From positions 193,936,001 through 194,000,000 of the forward strand of contig OZ024743.1 of the NCBI GenBank assembly GCA_964016885.1: 64,000 nt of DNA. The letters run 5' to 3'. The notes beneath the pieces are model-generated. The model was not told the origin of the DNA. It saw only the letters and a program-made list of their open reading frames with translations, and did not search any database. Shown in pieces: positions 15,803 through 30,224 of this stretch. The stretch is from Eledone cirrhosa. Its lineage: Eukaryota. The position numbers and the translations under genes were made by a program. Position 1 is the first letter of the stretch. Every line of letters begins with the position of its first letter.

Positions 15803-16060
15803 TCTTCTTCTTCTTCTTCTTCTTCTTCTTCTTCTTCTTCTTCTTCTTCTTCTTCTTCTTCTTCTTCTTCTTCTTCTTCTTCGCCCACTTATTCCTGAGA
15901 GGGTGGTGGGTGCAGAGTTTCTCAAATACTCCTTCCAGCGGATCCTATCAGAAGCACCCGTCTCATCTGATCCCCAAGCAAGACCAGCCGAGCTCATGGA
16001 TGTTATCCAACCAGCTTGCTCGGGGGTCTACCCCTGGGTCTCCCACCGGTTGGTTTAGGC
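15803..16060 (-). mobile_element. RTE LINE 3' end with (GAA)n tail
   Basis: Homologous to 590-935, and includes an RPxGRPRxxWLDNI-type RTE C-terminal motif on the minus strand. Confidence 0.7.
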
Positions 16061-16761
16061 CGCAGAATGCTTTATGTCGAATATTTGCCGCATAATTCAC
16101 AAAACAGATATAAACTCTTAAACTCGTTTATAAAACAATGTTAAGTTGAACTTGAAAATAATACTAAAATATTCATGACTAAAATAAGAAAAAAAAAAAA
16201 AAATTTAAAGTGTTTACACTATATTTTCCTTTTTATTTCAACAGAAAATCAATAACTCCTTAATTATTGCACTACTGTGTGATATTAGATGTCCATTGAT
16301 ATTGTCACTTGAACAACTTTTACCACCGGGCTGTTGACATATGTTATGTTATGTCCTCATTTTTATTTCACACTATCAAATTCCATACAAACGTCCAGAT
16401 ACTCAAACAAATCTGAATATTTGACTAAGATTACAAGTACATCTTGCGTCGAATATCAGGTCAAGCTTCACTGTAACCTTTGTGAGATCAGAAATGAAAA
16501 ATACCGAAAGGTAACGAACATTTTCTAGGAGTTTAGAAAAAAAAATAATGTTTTTGTCGCCATCAAATATTGAGAATTACTAAGCAAATAAGCTAATGAA
16601 CATTTTTAGTGTCAGAAGTAATAAAACCAAGTATTTTTATGTTAAAAAATAATACAAATATAAAGGTAGGGTAATGGAATAGAAACATCAACACGCTCAC
16701 ACACTGGTGGGCGCTAACAAGAACTATCTACAAAAGCGTATTATTTGTAATAGATCATGAA

Positions 16762-16817
<56 letters not shown>

Positions 16818-16861
16818 CAAAATATTAATAAATGAAGACATTCACATAATCAAAATATATG

Positions 16862-16924
16862 TTTTATTATATATATTTCGAAGGTACTGTGCTGTTTTTT
16901 TTAGTGCGTCCTCGTCAGATAAAA
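16862..16924 (-). ncRNA. Type I hammerhead ribozyme motif (family A)
   Basis: Sense: UUUUAU-CUGACGA-GGACGCACU...AGUACCUUC-GAAA-UAUAUA-UA-AUAAAA. Confidence 0.75.
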
Positions 16925-17075
16925 TACATGAATTGATGTATGACATACCTCAATGGTCTTGATAGCTCAATTCGAGTATTGGCAGACTGTAGAGTGCTTT
17001 TAATCTATTGTAAAACTATATTCATTGAGTAATCAATGAACCATATTAATCTTTGGTTATATATATATATATAAA

Positions 17076-17130
<55 letters not shown>

Positions 17131-17164
17131 ATCTCTCTCTCACTCTCTCTTTCTCTCCCCCCCC

Positions 17165-17217
<53 letters not shown>

Positions 17218-17741
17218 TATTTAAGAGTTAAACAAGGTTCAATGAATACATCAAAGAATTAAACAAACATAATTGTATTATAATTATATTATAATAGAAA
17301 TTAAACATAAACATAATTATATTATTCATTACCCTGAAATAACTTAAATTAAATATTTTGAAAATTAACCGCCAACTATATTATTCTGGACACGTGTTGC
17401 TTATATGGAAATCTGTGTGTATATAAACTTGTCTCTCTCTCTCTCTTTAATCATCTTTCAAGCCACCTACTAAATATATTATCACATCAGCTGTTCCTTC
17501 CTCTATGCTTTCCTTTCCCTCCTATTTCTCGAGTAGTTTTTAAAAATAAAAAAATGTTATAACTTATATTGATGCCATGTATTTCTTACTCTCTATTACA
17601 CGCACCCTCTCTATTGTTTGTATTATGTTATCTCATGTTCTCAATATTAGGGTATAAATATTGAGTTTTGTCATAAGTTAATCACTACCATGACTGAATC
17701 TTAACCATCTACTATGTCAGGGTATGTCATGTATCATTTTA

Positions 17742-17804
17742 TTTTATCTGATGAGGACGTACTGTTGAAATTAACTCAGTACCTCTGAAATATGTATAAT
17801 AAAA
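17742..17804 (+). ncRNA. Type I hammerhead ribozyme motif (family A)
   Basis: UUUUAU-CUGAUGA-GGACGUACUG...CAGUACCUCU-GAAA-UAUGUA-UA-AUAAAA. Inverted relative to the 16.9 kb copy. Confidence 0.75.
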
Positions 17805-17846
17805 CATAATTGATCACAAGAATATCTATTTTGTTAATATTTCGAA

Positions 17847-17990
<144 letters not shown>

Positions 17991-18559
17991 TATATGTGCG
18001 TGTGTGTGCGTATATATATGTATGTATATATGTATATATATGTGTGTGTGTGTTTGTGTGTGTGTGTATATATATATAAATATATATATTCTGTACCGAG
18101 TATGAGCATTAGCCAGGAGATGGATTCAGAATTGGTGCTGCCAAATATTTTTAGCAGCATTGAGCGTTCTTATGACGTTCCTTTCATGTTTAGAGTGGAT
18201 GTAGTGCGAAAGTGTTTCTTTGATAATTGCAAAGTTTGCTTGTTTGGGCTGTTAAAATTGACAAGATTGACATGGAGGATGTTTTTGATATATGAAGTCA
18301 GAACAGGTGTGGTGTGAGGTGTCTAGTTTGCATGAGAATAATATATAGATGAGAGAGATTAGGGAGAACTGAAGGGTGGTGTAATCTGCGTAGGAATGGG
18401 TGTTGCTGAAAGTGTCAGTATATATGTCGTTGATCTATTGATAGAAGAGTAGTATCATATAATCTTTGTAAGAATGGTTGTTGTTAGAGGTAACTGTATA
18501 TATGTTCTTGGTGTATAGATGGAAGTACAAAAATAAACATCGGCAACATTACATTGATT

Positions 18560-18633
<74 letters not shown>

Positions 18634-18879
18634 TGCATGCCATGGTGATGTGATCTGTTGAAGACTAAGTTTCTAATCCAGGGAACGTGGATGGCAGCAC
18701 CCGAATGATGAGTAACATTAAGAAAGATCAAAGTTTGAAGGTGCTGGACAATTTTGTTGTTTACTAGACGACTCGTGACCTGTTGGGTCACGTTCACTTA
18801 AAAATAATTTTAAAATAATTAAAATATACACAGACATGTAAAATGAAATTGGAAGGCCCATGTGACCTATATTCACCGG

Positions 18880-19007
<128 letters not shown>

Positions 19008-19125
19008 AGAAACCCTTTCTATTTAGCAGGATACACTAATGCTGTATTCGTCTCTTTGAAGTCACTGGTTATAATTTGATTCTACAACACCACCAGGTCT
19101 CTCTCTTCCATTTCCTTCTCTGTCT

Positions 19126-19238
<113 letters not shown>

Positions 19239-19289
19239 TTTCAATCTACTCTCTCACAACCACTATCTCTTTCTCTCTATCCCCCTCTC

Positions 19290-19508
19290 TCTCTATTTAT
19301 GAAGGTACCCAGAAAAAGCCCGTATCTCGGGAACCCGTGCACCGATTTACGCGAAAATTGTTTTATTCCATTTCTATTCGTATTTCAGGGTCAACTTCCT
19401 TTCAAAGTTTTTTCCCATTACGCGCAGTTTTGGCTGTATTACATTACAGAAAAGCAAGCAAGCAAGCAAGCAAGCAAACAATCACAGAGGTTTAGTAGTA
19501 TACTAGAC
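19290..19508. mobile_element. Non-autonomous Helitron/HINE-like element (second copy 20505-20710)
   Basis: Two homologous ~210-bp copies with a tcgggaacccgtg..ccgattt motif, an internal (CAAG)n microsatellite and a tagta(g/a)tata(c)tag end. The family assignment is inferred. Confidence 0.45.
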
Positions 19509-19509
19509 C

Positions 19510-20110
19510 ACATGTAACACGTAACCTGTTGTATTGAGGCAGTTACTATCATATCCCAGTGCCCCAATAATCACAGGCATAAATCTGAAGGTATAATCAG
19601 GGTGGAGTATCTGCAGATTTCTCATTAGTTCTGCATAAATATTATACTCTTCACTAATCTTTAATATTATATTGGCATCTGCTGGGTAGCTAACCTCCAC
19701 TACTGTGCATGCCTTCTTTTCCCTGTCCCATATCATTATATCTGGTCTGATAAGCCTGCATTTTATTGGGGTTTTTACTGGAAAATTCCACCAGTACTCT
19801 TTCATATTATGTACATGGATGTCTTCCACATTGCTGTAGCTCTTAATGCGTTTATTATCGGAGCTATCGTTTCTACGGATTGCACTGTACAGTGTTTTGG
19901 TCACTACATCATGCCTCATAGGTAGATAGTACCACGATGTCATCTTTGGACAGCTGCTTATGACATGAGTGACATCTTCGATGTTAATTCTGCAGTGTCT
20001 GCACTTGTTATCACATCTAGGTGTTTTGCCTGCATCCCTATCTCTTTTGTGAATCAGGTATTTTGTGTTGATTTCCTATTGTTGGATTGCAAAAGCGTAT
20101 CCTTCAAAGT
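19510..20110 (-). mobile_element. RLE-type (R4/NeSL-like) non-LTR retrotransposon 3' fragment
   Basis: Minus strand encodes CDNKCRHCRINIEDVTHVISSCPKM..RHDVV..RPDIMIWDREKK..VVEVSYP..PVIIGALG, i.e. a CCHC knuckle plus a PD-(D/E)xK restriction-like endonuclease. Confidence 0.85.
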
Positions 20111-20342
20111 GGGTCACGTTCACTTCAAAATAATTTTTAAAAAATCATGTGCACTTAAAAATAATTTTTAAATAATTAAAATATACGCAGACATGTATAT
20201 AATGTGAAATGAAACTGGAAGGCCCATCTGTATATATACGTGTGTGTATGTATATATATATAAATGTGTGTGTGTGCGTACACATATATATATATGCCTG
20301 TGTGTATATATATGTGGGTGTCTGTGATCTATATACATTGGT

Positions 20343-20464
<122 letters not shown>

Positions 20465-21609
20465 CACAACGACACCAACTCTCTCTCCATATATCTTTCT
20501 CTCTCTGTTTATGAAAGGTACCCGGAAAACCCCCATATTTCGGGAACCCGTGGTCCGATTTAGGCGAAACTTGTTTTATTCCGTTTGTATTCCCATTTCA
20601 GGGGCAAATTCATTTCAAAGTATTTTCCCATTATCCGCCCTTTTGCCTGTATTACATTACAGACAAACAAGCAAGCAATCACAGACTTTTAGTAATATAT
20701 AGATAGAAGATATATAGATAATGTTTTATTTCAGACGGTTGAAATAAGTGTGATTAAACAATGGCATTTATCGATAATGAGTCACACTGAAGCGTGAGAA
20801 ATATTGTAGACTTTACGAAGATAGTGACCATCTCTGGGGCACATTCTTTCATAATTGTTTCTACTATAGGCACAAGGCCAGCAATTTGGGGAGAGGGGAA
20901 AGTCGATTAAATCGAACCCAATATTACTGGTGCATTATTTTATCGACTCCGTAAGGATGAAAGGCAGGATTTGAACTCAGAGCGTAAAGGGCCATAACCC
21001 TCTACCGCGAAGCATTTTGTTCGGTTACATCGTTTAATAATAATAATAGAAGGCACAGTATTAGGGGTGGTGGTCTTGTTGGTTGAAATAATGGATGATT
21101 TTCTGTAACCGTTGCATTTCATGTTCCTTGCCTAAAATGCTACAGCGCAACTCTGCCTGAGCTTCTTGGGGAACATAGAACTGTGAGGTTTGGGTGTTTA
21201 AGATGTGATGTATACGCCATAAAACAGGAGTCTCAAACCCGCCCTGCAAACTACCTTTCTATGGCCAGCGGCAGAATCATTTTCAGAGAACATTTGCTTT
21301 CGTTTACCTTGTTTTTTTTTAAATATAATATTTTAAATACAAATTATTGACATTACCCATAAAATACAATAAAAGGAAAAAAATGGAATTCATCAAAAGG
21401 GATAATGGAAAACATGGATTTTATCAAAAGTGATAATGGAAAAAATGGAATTTACCAAAAGTAAAAACAGAATTAAAGAAAATTTGAAATGGAAAATTTA
21501 TCTCACTACATCTACTAATACACATAATCCACTTACTATTATATTCATATTCATTTTCATGTTACCCCCCCCTCTCCCCAGCCTATCAGCTGTGTTGCAG
21601 ATTAGTAGT

Positions 21610-21925
21610 ATAAATGAAAGTAAGGATAGTATTGTTTGAATCTTTAATGTCCAAGCTTAGACCAATTACATCAATTGTCAAGTCAAAATTACTCAAACTA
21701 TGCGGTCATATAAAAAGATCAACTCGTGGTGTGGGTAGGTTATGCCTAGAAGGAAGGTTGGCTGGTAAGAGAAGCAGAGGCCGGCAGCCAAAACGATGGC
21801 TTGATCATGTCAACTTATGGACTGGACTTGTTCTTTGCTCTTTAAACTTTGCTGTTGGTGATCGAACTTTGTGGAGAAACATATCTCATGCTGATGCGCA
21901 GTCTGCAACTGGAGGAGTTTAGCGT
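21610..21925 (+). mobile_element. RTE-clade LINE 3' fragment
   Basis: ORF 21614-21922: LKLCGHIKR..LEGRLAGKRSRGRQPKRWLDHV...DRTLWR. Confidence 0.85.
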
Positions 21926-22049
21926 CAAAGTAAATTATAAATGGTGGAAATCACGCCCCACTCTCATCTCACCGTTGCCCCAAGTATGTAATTTCTTTAT
22001 TGTCATTGAGTTTAAGACGCCTGCATTAGGATATGGCTTCAGATACCTG

Positions 22050-22900
22050 TTTAACTGTGTCTGATAGGTCAGTGTTGAAGCACATATGCTGCCAGGAAAA
22101 GTTAACAAACCACTAGCAAAGCCCCAACCAGTCAGATGACTTGAAGTACCTTAAGGTCTAGGGTTTTGGATATAGGTGGCCGTGTGGTAGATGGTTGCAA
22201 GAAGGTAGTGGTCAAACGACGCGATAGGTGCAGAGACACTAATGGTTTGAAGGTATAAAGATATAAAGTTAGTTTGGTGTGTCATGTATGTCGATCAGAG
22301 ATGTATGCAGGAGGCGAAACCACTTGATGTGGCGTTGAGGTTTACAAAAGTCTTGGTGTTTGCACCTGCAACACCGAATCAATATAAATGAGTGTATTGG
22401 TTTAGAAGAGTTGTTCTCAATGCAGAAAGAAATATAGTCAGATAGTTTTTGAAGACTGAAATATTTCGGAGAGTGTTAAAGGTAGCAAAAGTATTTGGAA
22501 GAGGGTTGGGAGGCATTAAATTTGAACCAGAGCAACCGCGAATCTTCGTTGCTGTATTCCAGGTGAGAAAACTGAAAGCCGAGAGTGGAGTCTACGTATT
22601 CACAGACACAGCATTTAAGAGCTTTAACAGTAGAGATAGATTATAGGTAAGGTTTGAAAGAGTTGTGGCCTGTGTTTTAGCAATAGATTATATGACAGGT
22701 TTAGGTTAGACTGAAGTGAAGTTGGAAGATTTTAGACTAGAAAATGGTAACTTATCCAGTTAGTTTAAGATTATTTTTTGGCCTCCAAGGAAGTGTAGAG
22801 GGTGACTGTGTACTGTAGGTTGCCAGAAACTTTTGCTTAAGATAATTGCAACAAAGAAAACTCTGCTGTACTTAACCATAGACAAGATGTCCATATTATT
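22050..22900 (-). mobile_element. Highly degraded Jockey/CR1/I-like LINE fragment
   Basis: Weak by-eye resemblance of broken minus-strand frames to an RT C-terminal region; no intact ORF. Confidence 0.3.
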
Positions 22901-23356
22901 TTCCTTCTTCATCATATACGATATATAAATTCTTATGTAATGAAAAGGCAAAGATTTGGCAGAGTCATTAAAGCGTCGGATTAAAAATACCGCGCTCTGA
23001 GTTCAAACACTGCCTTTCCTCCCTTCGATGTCGATAAATAAAGTGCTAGTTCAACACTGGGTCGATTCTTTTCCTCTTGAACAAATCAGCTATATCCCGC
23101 CATGGAGAAGGGTGGGCCCCACCAGATGTAAAATGCCTAAGATGCGCCGTGTGTCAGGACAGCTCCTTTATGACTCCATCTGGAATTAAGGGCCTTTCAA
23201 CAGAAGCTATAAAACATTCACTAATTGGGCAAGTTAAAGCAATTACATTACTTTAAGCAACCCTTTGTACAAAACACAAACAAAAACAAAAAAAAATCAA
23301 CAACCGACATATGGACACAATTCCGTTTTGATTTGGTGTATCATATATTCAATACT

Positions 23357-23809
23357 ATTATTACTCAGTAAAGTAGGGCGGTGGATTGGCAGTATCGGTA
23401 GAGAGTCGGACACTATGCTTTGCAGTATAGAGTTATGGTCCTTTACGGTCTGAGTTCAAATCCCGGCGAGGTTAACTTTGCCTTTCATCCTTGCGGGGTC
23501 GATAAAATAAAGCACCAGTAACGTACTGGGGTCGATTTAATCGACATTGCCCTCCACCCAAATTACTGGCCTTGTGCTTATACTAGAAATCATTATTACT
23601 CAGTAAAGGGTGGTGAATTGGCAGTATCGGTAGAGGGTTGGACGCCATACTTTCTAGCATAGTTACGTCCCTTTACAGTCTGAGTTCAAATCCCGCCGAG
23701 GTTAACTTTGCCGTTCATCCTTACGGGGTCGATGAAATAAAGTACCAGTAATGTACTGGGTAATTGCTGGCCTTGAGCCTAAAGTAGAAACAATTATTAC
23801 TCAGTAAAG
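23357..23809 (+). mobile_element. Head-to-tail SINE doublet separated by a thrice-repeated 17-bp target sequence
   Basis: ATTATTACTCAGTAAAG occurs at 23357, 23592 and 23793 and brackets one long-subfamily and one short-subfamily SINE. Confidence 0.85.
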
Positions 23810-25084
23810 TATTAAATATCATTTGTTCATAGGGTAGCGCATGATTTAAGGGTAACTTGACTGATATTTCTAGCTAACAAATGCTCCGCAGTTTCACAAC
23901 TGGCTGGTGGGAGGTAGTGTAGAAAAATAAGGTAAATACCAATATCTGTTGCCAGGGATGATTCTGCAGACCTATGATAATTGATGTTTCAGCTTCGACA
24001 GAATTTGTTTTGTTTCAGAAATAGTGATATCTATGAATAGGCTATGAAATGTGCCTTTCCTGTTTTAAGATGATAGAGTATAATTAGATGATAATTAAGA
24101 TGATGGGATCTAATTAGATGAGAATTAAGATGTTAGAGTATAATTAATGATAATTAAGAGTATAATTAAAGGGAATGACACCATATAGTGTTTGGTTTCG
24201 TCTTCTTACAGTCTGTGTTCAAATACTAGTAAGGATACATTTGCTTCTCACTCTTCCGACGTTGATAATTTGAGAACCGATATACAATTAATGGGGTTGA
24301 GATATTCAACTGTACGCTTGTTGATAGAGCTCCAGTATGACTACAGTCGAGTGACTGAAATCAATGTATGAATAAAACGATTAGGACAAGAGATTTGGCA
24401 AACGGGGTAAAGAGAAACAGACAGAGAGAGGATGAGGATGAGAGAGAGGGTGAAAGAAAGAGTGAGAGTGAGAGAGGGTGAGAGGGAGAGATAGGACTAC
24501 CATATTTTGTAGTGTTTATTCACGTCACTTTAGAGGTTGTGAGTTCAAATACTGCCGAGGTTTACTTAGGCTTTCAACTTTCCTGTGCCATTTCAGTACT
24601 GGGGCCAATATAATCGACCCCTTACACGTCTTAAAATTGCTGGCCTTGTGCTTACATTAGAAATCATTATCATTGGTAGAAAGAATTAGAACCCTGGACA
24701 AATTGCATTGTATTTTGTGACGTCCATTTACGTCCATTATTCAAATACTTAAACTCAGAACACAGACATTCTGTCTCTTTTCCTCACTTTTCTCTCTTTC
24801 TCTATTTTTCTATCTACCCCCCCCCCCCCTCCCTCTCTTTTCTATACACCCACGATCACAAACACATTTACCACCCTAAAGGAATACTCTAAAAAGCAGA
24901 ACATTGAAGAACTGCCAGGTAAAAAAAAAATTCCACATGTGAAGTTCAAAAGATATTGTTTTGGGAATTAGGCATATTCTAGAAAAATATCAATAAAGTA
25001 GGAAAAAATAGTTTTATAACAATTCAGTCTTCTTTGTCTTAGAGTTAGGAGAAGACAATAATTTATAACCCCCAACTGTAATAA

Positions 25085-25310
25085 CAATAATAATTGTTTC
25101 AACTTTAAGCACAAGGTCAGCAATTTGAAGGGAAGGGGGAAAAGACGATTAAATCGACCCAGTATGCTACTGATACTTTATTTTATCGACCCCGTAAGGA
25201 TGAAAGGCAAAGCTAACCTCGGCGGGATTTGAACTCAGAACAAAGGGCCGTAACTCTATGGTGCGCAGCATGGTGTCCGGCGCTCTACCGATACTGCCAA
25301 TACCACCCTA
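25085..25310 (-). mobile_element. tRNA-derived SINE, full-length (another at ~25780-26000)
   Basis: Head, B box, core and (ATT)n tail all present. Confidence 0.85.
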
Positions 25311-27886
25311 ATATTAATATTATTAATAGTAATAATTACTTTATTGACCACAAGGGCCTAGCCATGTAATTATTGAAAAAAAGTGTCAAACAAATGTATT
25401 ACATGCAAGTAGACTATGGTGGGATTGGTGTAAACGTAATGTAGCTTGAGGAAGTAAGTTGAAAATCTAATAAACAATCACAGCGGAGTGAGAAGGCATC
25501 AGTTAGAAAGGATCATCAGCATATATTTTTCATCTACCTCACCATCTGACACACTTTGCATCACCTTTACTGTAAACCCTTGTGAGTATCATTAGTTATA
25601 GTTGAACAACGTAATCTTCCGCATCCTCTGGGGAGTTCTCCGTTACTCGTTGATAGACCGTTGGTATGATTTCCCCCCAACAATTTATTATTTAGGGTTC
25701 TTCGTGTGCGTCTTTATCACTTCCTTAGGTAGCTGCTATATGCCATTTCCTGGTGACACATCATATCACATTATGTCACACATAATGGTTTCTTATATAG
25801 GCACAAGGCCAGCAATTTTCGGGGAGATGAAAGTCGATTAAATCGACCCCACTGCGTGACTGGTTCTTTATTTTATCGACCCCGTAAGGATGAAAGGCAA
25901 AGTTAACCTCGGCAGGATTTGAACTCAGATCATAAGGGGATGTAACTCTATGCTGCTAAGCATGGTGTCCGACCCTCTACCAATACTGCCAATCCACACA
26001 TAATGTCACACTGACTGGAGCTACCTCTAAGCTCTTCTTAGAGGGAATATGGGAACTCTGGTCATTATTTTCAAAGGAGAAGTAGGCATTCTTTTTTGCA
26101 TTTTCTTGGATAAAACCATCTGGCGATGAAGAATATTTTGTATTTGGCAATGTTATAGGCTTAAAATATCTATAATATTATTATCTAACATGTTGTCATG
26201 AAAGCCACCACCCCGGCTCATGCAAATGGGAATGTTTCCAGCTTGTAGCTTGTTGCTAGTTGCGGTTCACTTTAACTAAGACGGGAAAGTAGTCTGGTAT
26301 TTTCGAATAGACTTTAGTGATTTTCCCCGCGTACGATTGCCAGTAATCTTAGTATTTCACTTGCTCCCGTCAGATCTCATTTGATTAAACCATTGTTGCT
26401 TTTCTGTTACAGAGACAACGCTGTCAGTTTCTAGTTACTAGATTTCCCTCTTCAACACCTATCTAAGTTGACTGTACAGATGACAAACGTTGCTTAGATA
26501 TTCAAAAAATCTCTACACCCTGCATCTTTCTTGTGCATTCTTCTCTTATATCTAAATAAGATCGGGTATAACAGCGTTAATGCGATTTGTCATTGCCCGA
26601 TCATCGGAGACCTGCCATTCGGGTTCAGAGAGATCAAATGTTCCGAAGAAGAAAATCCCCACTGTAATTCTCCTCGATCAAGGCTTACCGAATGAGGATT
26701 AAACCTTGTAATCACCCACGAGAAGCGCTGGTATCTGCATGCTGAAAAACCTTAAGTTCACTTATGTTAAATCTAAATCCCATGACCAAGTCCATTCAGC
26801 AAGTGAAACTGCTTCCAGCAAGTGTCACTTACCAAATTTATTTTTCTTCTAGTGAAAGGCATTTAAATTATCCTCATACTTGAGATTTCTGTTACCACCA
26901 TCGTTCTGAAAATCTTTGCCCCCGAGCCTTGTGTCACTAAACTTGCTTTAACATTTGTCTATCCATTGTTAAACATGTTACAAAGAAATATGACATCCAC
27001 GATGAAGCAAGCGTCAATCTTCGCTGATATTTATTTCTAATTTAGGCACAATGCCAGCAAAATTAGGGGAGGACAAAGATGATTAAATCAGCTCCAGTAT
27101 TTAACTGGTATTTTATTTTATATACCCCGGAAAGGATGAATGTTAAATTTGACCTTGGCGTGATTTATACTGACAATGTGAAGAGCTGTCACTTAATGTT
27201 GCAAAGTAATTTGTCCAACGCTCTCAGGGTTCTGCCAGGGTTCTTTATCTTTGCTAATATTCCCATAGTCTTCCCGTTCACGAACATAATCCATCCATGT
27301 GAAACATGTCATATGATCGTTTTTGTTCTAGATATAAAGCAGTATCTCTTAATAGAAAGAATAATCCTTCATGACACATTCTTGTGATTTAACGTAGGCT
27401 TTCGAAATCATCTATAAGCGAATCACCAAAATATAATTTTCTTTCTGCTAACCTATGATTATAGTTCTTCCATATCTGACCAACTTTTAAGGGTCTAAAT
27501 ATACACGGGAAAATGCATATTCCACAAATATATTTTGTTATTCTCTGTGGTTGTGTTTTTATATTTTCATTATTTTTTTCGATAATTAATTTCACTATTT
27601 TGCTTTCGTTGTTTTCGACATTTCTTCCGCTGTTTCTTAGATTTTTCGGTCATTCTTAAGCATTTAATCTGTTCTCTGCTGGCAATATATATCCGGTCAG
27701 TTTAGATATACATACATATTACTTGCTATAATATACATTATTACTCGGAAATAAAGATAATGCATATTTTTTGTTTGTGTTTATTGCCTTTCGAAAACCC
27801 TTGTCATCATAATTTTCCTTCTTACATTTGTTGCATTAATTTCACGTGTCGTCATTAATGCTTACACACACACTTGCACACACTTG

Positions 27887-28006
<120 letters not shown>

Positions 28007-28171
28007 CATATATATGTGTGTAAGCATGTATGTATGCATATGCATATGCATATGTATTATGTATGTGTATATATATACAGGGTTACCCCCGAAATGTATA
28101 CATTTTTTGGAACACCCTTTATATATATATATATATATATTTATTAAAATAACAGATTATTATATATATAT

Positions 28172-28298
<127 letters not shown>

Positions 28299-28339
28299 AT
28301 AATCTGTTATTTTAATAAATATATATATATATATATATT

Positions 28340-28406
<67 letters not shown>

Positions 28407-28685
28407 TTAAATATGTCTTTAGAATCACTAGATATAATATATATCAATTCCTCTCCCAATTAGTATAATTAACCATATAAAAAATCAATTAGACCAAGCT
28501 ATAAGAATAAAGGCTCCTATGAAGAAATCTCCGACAAATAACCGAAAGCAGCCCCTTCGCGGTGGCTACAATAGATTATTTATCTAACATTTGAACAGCA
28601 TGTAAAAATCGACCAGATATACAGTCAACTAAACACAATTAGGTGTAAAATTGAACTTAGAAGAATTGCGTACATACCTAATTAC

Positions 28686-28759
28686 CTCTACCATGGTTTC
28701 ATCCGTATTTTAAGACATCCGATAACAAGGAATGTCCAGAGCTTCGGAATCATCAGGAA
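28686..28759 (-). ncRNA. Type I hammerhead ribozyme motif (family B)
   Basis: Reverse complement of the 29287-29360 motif. Confidence 0.8.
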
Positions 28760-29286
28760 CGAGCTCAAAATAAAACATTTAATTTTCCAAAGTGATCGCG
28801 CCAAAAATACATTCAAAAATGGCTAAAAATCGTGACGTGGCAGCGGTCAAGTTAGAAAGGATGTGATTAGATGCTTACGGCGGGTAGGCTTATTGCTAGA
28901 AAGCGCAGCCTAATACCACCAAATTGTATCTCAACCTAAAGGGAGATTATTACATATAAAGATTTACATATATATATAAAGTCATAGATATATATGTGTT
29001 TTGCAACCGGTCATGTTGTGGCTCAATGAGAAATTAATAAATTAAATAAAATAATCAGAGCTATATATCATAAAATATGTAAATGTTTATATGTAATAAT
29101 CTCCCGTTAGGTTGAGATACAATTTGGTGGTATTAGGCTGCGCTTTCTAGCAATAAGCCTACCCGCCGTAAGCAACTAATCACATCCTTTCTAACTTGAC
29201 CGCTGCCACGTCACGATTCTTAGCCATTTTTGAATGTATTTTTGGCGCGATCACTTTGGAAAATTAAATGTCTTATTTTGAGCTCG

Positions 29287-29360
29287 CTCCTGATGATTCC
29301 GAAGCTCTGGACATTCCTTGTTGTCGGATGTCTTAAAATACGGATGAAACCATGGTAGAG
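29287..29360 (+). ncRNA. Type I hammerhead ribozyme motif with extended helix II (family B)
   Basis: CUC-CUGAUGA-U-UCCG-[GGACAUUCC..GGAUGUCU hairpin]-CGGA-U-GAAA-CCAUGG-UA-GAG. Confidence 0.8.
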
Positions 29361-29749
29361 GTAATTAGGTATGTACGCAATTCTTCTAAGTTCAATTTTA
29401 CACCTAATTGTGTTTAGTTGACTGTATATCTGGTCGATTTTTACATGCTGTCGAAATGTTAGATAAATAATCTATTGTAGCCACCGCGAAGGGGCTGCTT
29501 TCGATTATTTGTCGGAGATTTCTTCATAGGAGCCTTTCTTCTTATAGCTTGGTCTAATTGATTTTTTATATGGTTAATTATACTAATTGGGAGAGGAATT
29601 GATATATATTATATCTAGTGATTCTAAAGACATATTTTATGATATATAGCTCTGATTATTTAATTTAATTTATTAATTTCTCATTGAGCCACAAGTGACC
29701 GGTTGCAAAACACATATATATCTATGACTTTATATATATATATGTAAAT

Positions 29750-29803
<54 letters not shown>

Positions 29804-30224
29804 CCTGGGTTCAATCGGGGATAACTACAGTAAGTGGTGTGTGTGCATGTGTGTGTATGTGTGTGTATCGACATGTTTTATGCTGTTATTTTGGCAAATG
29901 TATTTTCTTTACTCCCCTTCGAATGAGTAAGTCCGTCACTACTATGAGGCCATCTCTCACTATCACCACAGTAGCCATTTTGAAAAGTCTGTTTGCGAGG
30001 AAGGCAACAATAAACATTAAACTTCCTCCCATAAATCGAGAAGAGATATTGCAATTCAAATATTTCCCCTTTTTCTCTGACATAAGAACAACTAAATTGA
30101 AAATAACAAATCTAACTTTCCATAACAAAACAAACATTATAGCAAGTAAGAAAACCAACAGCAACAGCAATCTGAATTGCTTGAAGACACTCCATTTGGG
30201 GGTAAAATCAATAACAACAACAAC

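Larger units (their letters stand above)
28401..29757. mobile_element. Inverted pair of 664-bp non-coding HHR-bearing units (PLE pseudo-LTR or retrozyme-like)
   Basis: 28401-29080 is one terminally redundant unit (atatca..aaatatgt at 28401 and 29065). 29087-29757 is a near-identical, circularly permuted, inverted unit. Both flanks are (TA)n. Confidence 0.9.

Noticed and set aside
28076-28123. ~45-bp CAGGGT...ACCCT palindrome in (TA)n
   Set aside because: Probably collapsed Tc1-like termini, but too short to support as a feature.
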